NCBI GenBank assembly: GCA_002269645.1
Contig: NIVC01000834.1
Coordinates: 124,001 to 188,000, forward strand
Reading direction: 5' to 3'
Length of the DNA stretch: 64,000 nt
DNA from: Macrostomum lignano
Taxonomy: Eukaryota
How positions within the stretch are numbered: position 1 is the stretch's first letter; every line of letters starts with the position of its first letter. Below, in pieces: positions 1 to 12,130 of the stretch. Made by a program: the position numbers and the translations under genes. The notes below the pieces were generated by a model that saw only the letters and a program-made list of their open reading frames with translations, was not told the DNA's origin and did not search any database.

Positions 1-2043
1 CAAAGCCCCTTCGTCGGAAGCCCGATTTCGAGAGTCCCGGTGTGGTGAGCCAGGACGTACGGGCTGGTGGCAGCGGGTTAGCTTAGTCTGCGGATTAGCT
101 AATTTCTACCTTCAGAATACTCCCTGCTTGTCTCTCGCTGTCCCTCTCTTAGCTATAGGACCTAGACTGCTCGCCACACGATCAAGCTACCATGGGGCTG
201 ACCATCTGACAGGAGTGGGGGGCCAGGTCTCTAATTGATTTATTTCTGAGCCTGAGGCCCGAAGGCTTCCCTAACAAGGAGCCCGAAGGTCGAAACCCAT
301 CAATATTAAGATTTTAGTTTAGTCAATTGCTACTGTGCGTGAACTATTGCCTTAATAACCGTCAATAATAAGATCCAGCTCAACCGACCACTTAGTTACT
401 CCGGCCAAGTTAATATTTGTGTGTGAAAACGGTGTCTTAGCCTTCGTGACCGCGGAAGCATTTATTTGACCCTTAGAGGTCTACTGAGAAGCGCTAGAGC
501 GAACTCAAGCTAGTTTCAAGCTTAGAGCTTTTCCCGCGCACAATCGCGGTGGTGGCAGCGACCTACTACTATTAGTAAGACTCTCGACAACAATCTAGCT
601 TATTTTGAAGTTCCCTTGAGTCGTATGCAGAAAGCTCTGTCTAGGGTAGTCCGGTCTTGAAAAGCTAGTCTGGACTTAGATTTGGTATGCAGAAACGCAA
701 AGTTAGACCAGTCTACTATAGCAGAACTAGGCTAGCTAGACCATAGACTATAGACTGAACTACACAAGTCCGGACTAGCTAGTCTGGACTAGGCTTTCTG
801 CATACGGCCCCTTATCGGCTACAAATCTCTGCATTCGGCCTTCTGAACGTCGGCACAACTAGACCGCTCAGCCGAGACCACAGCTACCCTCCCCCTGCGC
901 CTGAGGAACTCAGCAGCGGAGCTCCCGTCATCTGCAAGCCGAGGTTTTCGTTTAAGTTTGTTTGAAACGTCGAAGCGCACCGATTCGAACGGCTGGGACA
1001 AACGAATTAAAACCCACGGCACAGAGCCTTTTTCTTTCAAACCCCCCCCCCCGACCCCAATTGAGCTAATTGCATGCAGTGGTTGCTCAGTGGTTTTGTG
1101 GTAGAATTTAAAATTTATAAATCAAATTATAAATCCTAATTCGCGGGAAATTAATCCACCTAAATCCTAGAAAAGCACGCGCGCAAAAACGGTCAGCACC
1201 AACGCCTCTTTTAATTTTCTGTTTCATGGAATGCTACACAACGTCACAAGGAAGAAAACAGACCACTTTATTTAAGATTAAGACAAGACACGAGCAGACA
1301 CAAACATGGATTATATGAATGAAATTAGCAGAAATATATCAGGCCTAAACTGAATTAAATTGTTGAAAAATTCGAATGCAGAATATTTTTATAAGGCTAC
1401 TTTTTCACTTTCAGTCAGTCCACATCATGGTCTTAGACTCTTAAACTATATAGAGAAAGCTCAGTAACACCCTCTGGCCTCTTTCAATTTCAGTGTTCAT
1501 GTTCACACAAGGCCTCCTAGGCCTAAACTATACATTATTTAAATTTAAATAAGTACCAACAAAACACCAAAATGACTTAATATTTAAGTGTAAAAATTAG
1601 GGCCTACATAAAATTCTACCAAATTGTTCTAATACTAAAGCTAAGTAAATTACTTTATTTGACTAGGCTTATGTCCATTATGCCTGGATGCCTATGCAGC
1701 TATGCTTAGGAGTTAGGCCTAGGCTAGACTAGTTCACTAGGCCATCTTTTTAATTTATATCCTAATATTAAATTATGTTTGGCTAAATTGGACTTATATT
1801 TTTATCCAACTAGATTACTAGAAATAGAAGCTAAGCTATTATCGTAGGGCTTAACTTCTGTCTTTATAAATAATTTCAAAATGCCACCAAAGTTGAAACA
1901 GGCCTTTTAGCTCTCTCTAGAAATCTAGTAAGTCACCAAAGTTGTGTTAGGGATTTGCTTCTATTTCTATAAATTGTCCTAAATGCTTTTAGAGTTATTA
2001 AAGTGATGATTGTTCTTACTATGAATATTCTAAGGCCTACTGT

Positions 2044-2318
2044 CAGTGGCAGATCCAGAGTTTCATTTTGGGGGAGGGGCAGTCCAAGTTTGGGGTGCCA
2101 ACATGAGTGTAAGGGGTGCCAATTTTTAAGCTAGGCCCTAGGGAGTGCTAAAAATGTGCATAAAGGGCAAAAAATCAAGCTTAAAGGTGCTATAAAGGTG
2201 TTTGGAGGCAAAAAATCACATTTAGGGGCACAAATTTAGGTTTTTTTGGGGGCACAATGTTTGGTTTGGTTAAGCTATTTTGGGGGACAGCTGCTCCCCC
2301 ACCCTAAATCCACCCCTG
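2044..2318. mobile_element. Non-autonomous hAT-type MITE (275 bp)
   Basis: Degenerate TIRs CAGTGGCAGATCCAG (2044) and CTAAATCCACCCCTG (ends 2318). Flanked by an 8-bp TSD, CCTACTGT / TCTACTGT (1 mismatch). 8-bp TSDs and CAG termini are typical of hAT elements. Confidence 0.75.
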
Positions 2319-2408
2319 TCTACTGTTGTCACTAAGTTGTACTATAGCTAAATTTATTATACTAATCTTGCGTGTTCTCAATGTTAGTAGCTACTACCAA
2401 GATTATTC

Positions 2409-3711
2409 TACAAGGGTTGTTTAGAAAGTCTGCAATCAAATGTGTCTAACAGTTTAAGGGATTGAACAAATGTAACACTACTCTTCCTGCTTCTCAATGT
2501 AGGCACCTTTGAGGCTTATGCACTTGTGCTACCTCTCAGGCAACTTCTCAATGCTAGAAACATAGAAATCGGCAGGTGACCCCCTGACCTACTGGCTGAT
2601 GGCCGATGCTGTAGAGAGCTGTACTGGCAACCTCGGAAGGTTTTTTCATCTTTCTGAATAGCCAGAAGTCACTGGGTGTGAGGTCTGGCAAGTAGGGTGG
2701 GTGTGGCAGCACTTCAAAGCCCAGGTCCAAAATGGCAGCCATTGTTGCCTAGCTGGTGTGCAGCCTGGCATTGTCGTGCTGAAGCAGGATACCATGGCTC
2801 AGTTTGCCACGCCGTTGGGCCTTGATGGCTTCACGCAACTTCTGCAGGACTTGGATGTAGTACTCACTGTTTATTGTGGCACCATAAGGAAGCCATTCAA
2901 TGAGCAGAAAACCCTCCTTGTCCTAGAAGATGGAGGCCATTTGCTTGCTAGCTGAAGGTGCAGTCAGGGCCTTGACAGGTGTGGGCTCATGGCTGGCCTT
3001 CTACACACTGCTCTGCATCTTGGACTCTGGCTCACTATAATGAAACAAGGATTCATCCCCAGTCACAATCTGGTCCAAAAAGTTGGGATCACTGCAATAT
3101 GACTGGAGGAGCTGCCAACACACCTAGACCCACTCTCGTTGCTGCTGGTCAGTCAGAAGTTTCGGGACCCAATGAGCAACAATGCATGACATACGGAGCT
3201 CAACCATCAAGATTGAATGAATGGCCATTGATGAGATGCCAGTAATGGTTGACAACTTTCGCACTGTAGCTTGGCAGTCAACATCTAGAGCACGATGCAC
3301 AAGCTCAATGTTTGACCTGTTGACCGTGGTGACAGGCTAGCCATTCCATGGAAGGTCATTGACTATCTCCCAGCCATCTTCAAAATGCTGCACCTTCTTG
3401 TTGACCATTGTTTTTGATGGTGCACATTTGCCATACATTGCTTGCAACTTGCAAAGAATTTCTGCCTGTTGCTTTCCTTGTTTCCACAAAAACCAAATAA
3501 CACTTTGCTTTGCTTTTTCGTTATTTAGCATAGTGATGGAATTCGTGTGACTAAAAACACTGCAAGAAGGAAATTCCTGGCTTAAACAAGACCACTCTTG
3601 ATTTAAAACATTCAGGGTATGATATTTGTCTATGGTATAAAGTTTCAAGACAGAGTAGTGACTCAAAAAATATATGCATGTTTGATTGTGGACTTTCCGA
3701 ACAACCCTGTA
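2409..3711 (-). mobile_element. Decayed mariner (Tc1/mariner, DD34D) transposon, ~1.3 kb
   Basis: TA at both ends. ~33-bp TIRs: CAAGGGTTGTTTAGAAAGTCTGCAATCAAATGTG versus the reverse complement of the right end, CAGGGTTGTTCGGAAAGTCCACAATCAAACATG. The internal minus-strand frame carries mariner motifs. Confidence 0.93.
2640..3531 (-). pseudogene. Mariner transposase pseudogene
   Basis: One continuous frame from ATG 3531 gives an HTH region (VIWFLWKQGK..EI...YG), WVPKLL, IVTGDE, HDNAR and HPPYLPDLTPSDFWLF. There are 34 residues between the 2nd and 3rd D. Five in-frame TAG stops (3337, 3124, 3001, 2923, 2749) and an apparent frameshift after KMKK. Confidence 0.93.
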
Positions 3712-4363
3712 TTAATAAATTATGAGTTTATTAATCTTAGAATGAGTCTATTAAATAATATTATTTCTTAGAATATATCTGAGTATTTGTCTAAGTATAA
3801 TTCTTGGAATACCATTTAGCTTTTACAAGTATTGTTTTTCTGTTATTCTGGTAGCATTTTATTAGTAATTTGGCCTGGGTGGTATATTGCCATTGGCTTA
3901 CTGGTATATATATTGCATATATTTTCCAAATCCTAGACGTAACTGAAATCAGAGGGTCATAGCCTCCAGTTATTCTTATATATATTGATTTAGGATCTAC
4001 TTTGTATTCTTTTACTACTTCTACTTTTTAGTAGTATATAGTGTATATACTTCGGTTTACTTTCCTCTTACTTTTACAAATGAATAACTCAGAAAACGGC
4101 TTCACTTATATTTGCTTAGAACACACCTTTCTTAGTATGCTCACTGATTACTTCTTTCTTAGGAACTGCACTAGAGCAAATTGCTCTCTCCTTGGCTTAG
4201 ATTGCATCTATTTATACTAAATTTTTTAGTAGTTTTAAACAAAAATTAATTTGCAAAAATATCTTGAAAAATATATATATTATAACAAATTGTGTTTCTT
4301 AGTTTTTTGCATGTTTGGCAAAATTGTATAATATAAACTTGAAGGCAAGGCATCTGTTACACT

Positions 4364-4656
4364 ATTATAACATTTCCCAGTTAATTTGGTCCTAGAAGCA
4401 CTCAATTAAATCTGAAATAGTAAATTCCAATTCATTCTGCCATCACTAAAGATATGTCTATGGCCGAATATGCTGTTTCATTCCACTCAATTTAATCCTG
4501 GGGCACTTATTTTGTGTATTTATTTTAAATTAAGTAAAACAAAATAGTATATTTGGCCATAGACATATCTCTAGTGTTAGCAAATTGAATTGGAGTTCTC
4601 TATTGCAGATTAAATTAAGTGGTTCTAGGACCAAATTGACCAAGAAATGCTATAAT
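4364..4656. mobile_element. Foldback element/MITE with ~115-bp imperfect inverted arms
   Basis: 4364-4478 aligns without gaps to the reverse complement of 4541-4656. Mismatches are mostly transitions. Confidence 0.75.
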
Positions 4657-5229
4657 ATTATTATCAGTTAGATAATGGAATTAATGGATAACATATTAAT
4701 AATTTAAACTAGCAAAGATTGTAGTTATTGCTTTTTATAAGCCAAATATGGTAGTTTTTAATTATTTTTTTGCTTTATCTCAATTCCTTTCTATTTGTAC
4801 AATAACAAATCTAGGATACTAGGCCCTAATATTGGCTGGGATCCCAATCATCTTATCCCACCTGGCTTCTATCACAATGTATAATATTATCTTAATTGTT
4901 ACTAATTTATACCATTTTTTGTTTGTTAGTGATTTGCATAGCAGCTAGGTTTTTTGTGTCATAGGCATGCCATGAAATGTCAAAACTAAAAATGACATAA
5001 TGATTTTGATGCTATTACGAGCCTCAAATGCTACAATGGCTTAAATGATTTTTGCCATTATGCCATTGCCAAATTGCTAATGCTGAATCCCCAATTTAAA
5101 TTTCAGTTTTGCTTTTAAATCTGTTCAAATATTATTCTAAAAAGAAACAGTAAAATGAACTTACAAAGTGCTATTTTATATTTAATGTCAATGGCATATC
5201 AAAATTGAAAATGACAACAATTTTGATGA

Positions 5230-6500
5230 AAAAACAGCATTAATTTGTTTTGTATATCATCTTTGCAGCTTTTTTCAGCACTTTTGCAGCTAGCTTATCT
5301 TGAGTCATCAACTTTCTCTTTAGTAACTTGGCATCATCATATAGAGCTCTGGCCTCTTGCTCTTTTAACAATTTTCTTCTAGTACTCAAGTAGCATAGCT
5401 AAAGTAGCTTGCTTCTTAGCTTCAATTTTTCATGCTCTTTAGCCAACTTTTTAGCAACTTCTAATTCTATCTTCTTTTTGTTTACTTCAATCTTAGTAGC
5501 AAGCTGCTCTTCTATCTGTTTTATGCATCTTTCTTGGCCTTATTAGCATTTTTTTTGCTATTGAAGGAATTCTATAAATGCTAGCAAGCCTTCCTAGCTG
5601 ACTGAATGTAGACATTTGTCAATGGAAAGTTTTTGCAGGTTACAGACTCTTTTCACTAGCTAGCCCAGATTAGTGTACATAGTATCAAACAAAAAGGTAG
5701 GCATCAATCAACAATTCACTAAGCTTGTTGAATTTTTTGTTAAGAAGTTCAATAGCTTACTAAAGACTTGCTTAATTGTAGCTTTGCCTAGCTGAATGGT
5801 CAGAGTACCCAAAGCTAGTTGGGTTAGTATGTCATATTTTTTTGATTACCAAGCTCTAGTGCTAACATGCAAAGCCTCTATATTGATGTTCCTTATTACC
5901 CAACTTCCAATAATCAAGGAGCAATCACTTCTAGCTCTGTAGCTAGGCAACCCAGTAAGTCAACTGAAGGTATTCAATTACCTTTAATCCAGATTCGTAG
6001 CTCTCATCCTTGAGTAGTTCTCAACTATAGATCTCTCAGTAGATCTTGTAGACTTCTAGACGTCTTCAGGTATAGATCAGGTCCGAGTTTCCTTCTTCTC
6101 TTCTGTAGAAGTTAGTTCTGGCCAGAATCTGTCATTCGGACCAATAGGAAGCTTCCAAATTAACAATGGGTACCCTGAGCCAAACTGCCATTTAATATAA
6201 GCCTACTCCTTCTAGCAGTGCCTCTATGCACTCTAGGTATAGCTCCAGAAACCACTGATAGTCTTCTAAGATAAATCAGGGGCAGTCCTTCTGGAGACTG
6301 CAACCAGTGGAGTCTAACTAGACTCAAGAGTCTCAACAGACTCAAATAAACTCAAGTCACACTAGACTTGAGCAAGATGTCTCACACAATGGGCGCAAAT
6401 GAGTAAGGCTTACCACAAGAACTCAACCAAGGCTCGGTTGACTTGATTCTAGGAAGTCCAACTATGGCTTCCTCTTTGGAGCTTCTCTCTCTTGGAGAAG
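5230..6500 (-). pseudogene. Possible heavily mutated coding remnant (helical/coiled-coil; origin unknown, possibly TE)
   Basis: One minus frame (6160 to ~5530) reads protein-like (ELLKDESYESGLKVIEYLQLTYWV..., AIELLNKKFNKLSELLIDAYLFV) but has 17 stops. A K/E-rich coiled-coil-like tail follows. A TATA-like GCCTATAAATAC lies upstream (~6532-6543). No homolog recognised. Confidence 0.35.
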
Positions 6501-7768
6501 TTGTTGGCTCTGGGTCCATTCCGGACCACTTGTATTTATAGGCAATCAGACCCTCATGGGGTTATTAATTGTGCACTGGGTACAATTTCTGAAAATGTCA
6601 AAGGTTCAGCTTCTGGCCGCTGTCAAGCATGACAGGGCAGAAAGTTGCGCAACTATTCTAGTGTAAGCACAAATGATTGGTTACCATATCTGGTGTTTTT
6701 CTATAGCATTTGATTGGTTTGCTTGGTGCAGACTGGGTGCAAGCCAGATGATGAATTGCAGATAGGGTTAGACTTGACAATTGTGGGTCACGAGTGATTG
6801 GTTGGTTACTAAAATAACATGACCAACTTTTCGCAGTTTCAATTGGTTAACATAAGTGTAGTCATGGTTCAATACTTATTTTTGTACGTGCTCTTTGCTA
6901 TACTACTGAATAAAATTTATAAGTAGTACATTAACAATTTGTATGACTTTTCTTGGGAGATATAGCACTCTACAATATGTCCTCACATTCCAAGTCTTAT
7001 AAAACTTTTCCTAGGGTTTCATTTTGTATAGCTAGAATCCTAGAGCATAATCATAAGGTACTTAATTACTAATTAACTTATTAATTTGTCTTACTGACTT
7101 ATACTAAAATCGAATTAAATTATTATTAAATTTCATTTTATCTTATCTATATTTCTAGCATTATTGAAACCTATAAAAAGTTGTATAGACATAAAAATTA
7201 TTTTAATTAATTTTTAAGTTATGTTTTAGACTATGATATATTATTATATCTTATAAATATACCAAAAGTGACTATGTGACTTACACAAAGATCATAGAGA
7301 AATCAAGTATGCTCATTGAAGCTATTTTATATTGTCATTGTTTGAGAACTCTGGTTAAGTTTATTATACAGAAAAAATATTCTGATAGGGTATATCATTA
7401 AAATAAGCTAGTTGCTTTGTAATCTATAATTCTTTTGTTTAATCTTTTGTGTTCTTTTGATGAAGATTGAAGTAATTCCCTAAATATCTAAAATCAAATC
7501 TCTTTTTTAAATCTTTTCAAAATAATAGATACTATCAATACTTTTCTCAAAAATGGCATCTTGGAGATTTTGTGCAATTTTTTTACTTTGCTATCTCATA
7601 AAAATTGATTCAAAATACATTAAAAACTTTGTTAGAATACTCTTAAAATAAAAAAAACAAAACAAAAAGGTTAAAACAAAATATTGTTATAAAAACCTTA
7701 TAAAAGTTCTATATTTTCTCCCAATATTCTCATGTCCCAAACAAATCCCAGACTATCTAGTCATCAGC

Positions 7769-10700
7769 ATGTCTGCTTACATTGACGCTAGTCAGACTGC
7801 CTCAATCACTGACAATGAAGAAGTTGATCACGTCGACCTGCAGGACGATGCGCAGGTGACCACCGCTGATGGCTCAACCATAGACAACTCATCTGGCAGT
7901 CAGCCAACAATCAGCAAATCCGAAGCTCTGATCTCAATTGCTGTACTGTGCTGCATTAATTTGCTCAACTATATGGACAGATTCACCGTAGCAGCAGTAC
8001 TCGATCGAATCGAAAAAGATTACAAAATAGACAATAGTAAAGCTGGCTTATTGCAAACTTCATTCATTGTATCCTACATGCTGCTTAGTCCGTTATTTGG
8101 CTACTTGGGCGATCGCGGCAGTCCTGGCAGTCTGTGGAGCCGCAAGACCATCATGATTGGCGGTGTGCTCGCCTGGTCTGCGGTCACTTTGGCCAGTTCG
8201 TTCGTGCCTAAGAACCAGTTCGGCCTGTTCCTGCTAACCCGTTGCCTAGTTGGCATTGGCGAAGCCTCTTATATTACGGTGTCAACACCTATTGTGGCCG
8301 ATTTGTTTGTGGGCGACGCTCGCACCGTGGCATTGATTGTGTTCAATCTGCAGGTACCCCTGGGCAGCGGTCTGGGCTACGTGGTTGGCGGCCAGGTGGC
8401 TCAGGCAGCCGATAGCTGGAGATCAGCGCTACGGGTCACGCCAGGTCTTGGTGAGTTTCAAGTTTTAGGATTGTTGTTTTGCTGTTCAAGAGGATTGAGG
8501 TTGTTAAAGGGCTTATTATCCTGCTGCTGGATCTCTGTAATAGTATCTGGATCCTCAGATAGATTATCTCGGTATATTCAGGTAGATTATCTCCGAATCT
8601 TCAGGTAGATTATTGGACTTTCAGGTAGATTAATAAAATTTTCAGGTAGATTATTGAAATCTTCAGGTAGATTATTGAAATCTTCAGGTAGAATAAATTG
8701 AAATCTTCAGGTAGAATAAATTGAAATCTTCAGGTAGAATAAATTGAAATCTTCAGGTAGATTATTGAAATCGTCAGGTAGATTAATAAAATCTTCACGT
8801 AGATCTTCAGGTAGATTATTGAAATCTTCAGGTAGATTATTGAAATCTTCAGGTAGATTATTGAAATCTTCAGGTAGATAATTGAAATCTTCAGATAGAT
8901 AATTGAAATCTTCAGGTAGATAAATGAAATCTTCAGGTAGATAATTGAAATCTTCAGGTAGATAAATGAAATCTTCAGGTAGATAAATGAAATCTTCAGA
9001 TAGATTATTGAAATCTTCAGGTAGATTATTGAAATCTTCGGGTAGATTATTGAAATCTTCGGGTAGATTATTGAAATCTTCAGGTAGATTATTGAAATCT
9101 TCAGGTAGAATATTGAAATCTTCAGGTAGATTATTGAAATCTTCAGGTAGATTAAATTGAAATCTTCAGGTAGATTATTGAAATCTTCAGGTAGATTATT
9201 GAAATCTTCAGGTAGATTAAATTGAAATCTTCAGGTAGATTATTGAAATCGTCAGGTAGATTAATAAAATCTTCACGTAGATCTTCAGGTAGATTATTGA
9301 AATCTTCAGGTAGATAATTGAAATCTTCAGGTAGATAATTGAAATCTTCAGGTAGATAAATGAAATCTTCAGGTAGATAATTGAAATCTTCAGGTAGATA
9401 AATGAAATCTTCAGGTAGATTATTGAAATCTTCAGGTAGATGAATGGAATCTTCAGGTAGATTAATAAAATCTTCAGGTAGATCTTCAGGTAGATTATTG
9501 AAATTTTCAGGTTGGGTAATGAAATCTTCAGGTAGATTATTGAAATCTTCAGGTTTAGTCATGAAATCTTCAGGTAGATTATTAAAATCTTCAGGTAGAT
9601 TATTGAAATCTTCAGGTAGATTATTGAAATCTTCAGGTAGATTATTGAAATCTTCAGGTAGATTATTGAAATCTTCAGGTAGGTTATTGAAATCTTCAGG
9701 TAGATTATTGAAATCTTCAGGTAGATTATTAAAATCTTCAGGTAGATTATTGAAATCTTCAGGTAGATTAATAAAATCTTCAGGTAGATGAATGGAATCT
9801 TCAGGTAGATTAATAAAATCTTCAGGTAGATCTTCAGGTAGATTATTGAAATCTTCAGGTAGATTATTGAAATCTTCAGGTTGGGTAATGAAATCTTCAG
9901 GTTGGGTAATGAAATCTTCAGGTACATGTAGATCTTCAGGTAGATTATTGAAATCTTCAGGTAGATTATTGAAATCTTCAGGTTGGGTAATGAAATCTTC
10001 AGGTTGGGTAATGAAATCTTCAGGTACATGTAGATCTTCAGGTAGATTATTGAAATCTTCAGGTTGGGTAATGAAATCTTCAGGTACATGTAGATCTTCA
10101 GGTAGATTATTGAAATCTTCAGGTTTAGTCATGAATTCTTCAGGTAGATTATTGAAATCTTCAGGTGGATTATTGAAATCTTCAGGTATTTTATTGAAAT
10201 CTTCAGGTATTTTATTGAAATCTTCAGGTTTAGTCATGAAATCTTCAGGTAGATTATTGAAATCCTCAGGTTTAGTAATGAAATCTTCAGGTAGATTATT
10301 GAAATCTTCAGGTAGATTATTGAAATCTTCAGGTGGATTATTGAAATCTTCAGGTATTTTATTGAAATCTTCAGGTATTTTATTGAAATCTTCAGGTTTA
10401 GTCATGAAATCTTCAGGTAGATTATTGAAATCCTCAGGTTTAGTAATGAAATCTTCAGGTAGATTATTGAAATCCTCAGGTTTAGTAATGAAATCTTCAG
10501 GTAGATCTTATCAGAATCTCCCAAACCCTTTCCAAGGCGTCGTCTGCGTCCTGTTGCTGCTGCTCCAGTTCCGGGAGCCGGCCTGCGGCCAAGCCGAAAA
10601 ATCCACGCACATGCACGCCACCTCCTGGCGGGACGATGTCCGCCATCTGCTGCGCAATCGCAGCTTCATGCTCAACACCCTCGGCTTCACCGCTGTTGCC

Positions 10701-11468
10701 TTCGTAGCCGGCGCCCTGACCTGGTGGACACCGCTGATGCTGGACTTGGATCTGCAATTGCGCGGCGGCCCAGTTAAACCCGACCAAGCCGCCCTGGGCT
10801 TCGGCATTGTCACCTGTGTGGCTGGCATCGCCGGGGTGGCGCTGGGCAGCGAGATCGCCAGGCGGCTGCGCCATCGAATGCCGAATATTGATCCCATTGT
10901 GAACGGCGCAGGCCTGTTGCTGGCTGGCCCGTTTCTGTGGGCCACCCTGTACCTGGTGCCAGTTAGCGTGTACCTAACCTTGGTGCTGATGTTCGCCACG
11001 GAGTTGCTGCTGTGCTTGAACTGGGCTCTGGTTAATGAGATCACACTGAGAGTGACAGTGCCAACCAGGCGGTCAATGGCTACTAGTATCAATATATTGG
11101 CCAGCCACCTGCTGGGAGACGCCGGCTCGCCTTACCTGGTTGGCCTGGCGTCGGATCTGATTGCCAAAAACTCGGCCTCGATAGCTGTGAAATTCAGCGC
11201 CCTGCAGCTGGCCATGTACTGCTGCTGTTTCGTGTCCGTGCTGGGTGGCGGCGCCTTCCTAGCCTGCTCGCTGACTTACCTGGCCGACTGCGAGAGAGTG
11301 ATTCGAATTGAACGGGAAGCGAATCGGTATTATCGAGCAGAGGGCGAGGCTTACACACCGCCCGCTAGCTTGCAGGCCTCCTCCTGTGATGGGGATCCGC
11401 AGCAGCAGTCTCCTACTGATAACAATGGCGGTCTGGTGGTTAACTGGGATGCCAATGCTATTGCTTGA
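7769..11468 (+). CDS. SPNS1: Spinster-family MFS transporter (SPNS1-like), 537 aa; exons 7769-8450 and 10537-11468
   Basis: Spinster motifs INLLNYMDRFTVA, GLLQTSFI.SYM..SP.FGYLGDR, TRCLVGIGEASY, ALRVTPGLG, NWALVNEI..RVT.PTRRS.A and SHLLGDAGSPYLVG. Donor G|GTGAGT at 8451 and acceptor TTTCCAAG| at 10536 join in phase 1 to restore TPGLGVVCVLLL; total 1614 nt. The symbol is a family-level assignment. Confidence 0.93.
8578..10508. repeat. 21-bp minisatellite (TCTTCAGGTAGATTATTGAAA)n, ~90 units, filling the spinster intron
   Basis: Directly visible. It explains the PEDFNNL, SSGRLLK and YLKISII repeat ORFs. Confidence 0.97.
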
Positions 11469-12130
11469 TTTGGCTGGGGTCGGTGGGGTACACAGGCTCC
11501 AAATAATGTAGAGTTCGACAAAATGACAAATATAAAAATGACGCAAGTTCAAAATGACATAACTTTGAAATTACGAAAAAAACTCTTGAAAGGACCAGGT
11601 TCGAAATTACATAAGCTGGAAATGACAAAAATTTCGGCAAGATTACAAGCTGGAAAATTTCCTAAACCCGATAGTTTTTTTTACTACTCGTACAATTACC
11701 AGCCTTACAAGCTCGCAGTTTCGCATATAAGCAAACCCCATAGGTTAGCTTGAAACCAATGCTACACAACGCTTGTGGATTCATCGAACTGCGGACCTAC
11801 ACTAGTAGATTACTAGTACGAGCTATTTGTGTCATTCTCTATTGTATAAAGATTTATCGATGTTTTAATCTAACGTTTGATTCCCGGATGAAGCGAGTAT
11901 ATTTTGATTTATTACCTTTGCTTGGTGTTACTTACAGAAACTGACATAACTAGATGCGTCACTTTAAAAAGTTGTGAAAAAGTAGGCGTCTACTCTTTTT
12001 CAGTAGTTTTTCTGCGCTACTGAAAAGTGTCACTTAAATTTATGTGGCTTTTCTTTCCTCTGGGTTTGCGGCCCGAGAATATTGGGTTGAGAATGAACAA
12101 CAGGCATTTAATTCGATGTAATTGAACACA

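Noticed and set aside
240-300. Hammerhead-ribozyme-like motif (...CTAACAAGGAGCCCGAAGGTCGAAAC)
   Set aside because: The GAAAC half is present, but CUGANGA needs two substitutions and stem II pairs poorly. It could be a decayed retroelement end but is not supportable.
819-1040. 73-aa ORF at the window start
   Set aside because: No recognisable motif or splice context. It may belong to an element extending beyond the window.
9152-10405. Long repeat ORFs (PEDFNNL, SSGRLLK, YLKISII)
   Set aside because: These are by-products of a stop-poor 21-bp intronic minisatellite. Only the part of ORF 9792-11468 from 10537 onward is real exon.
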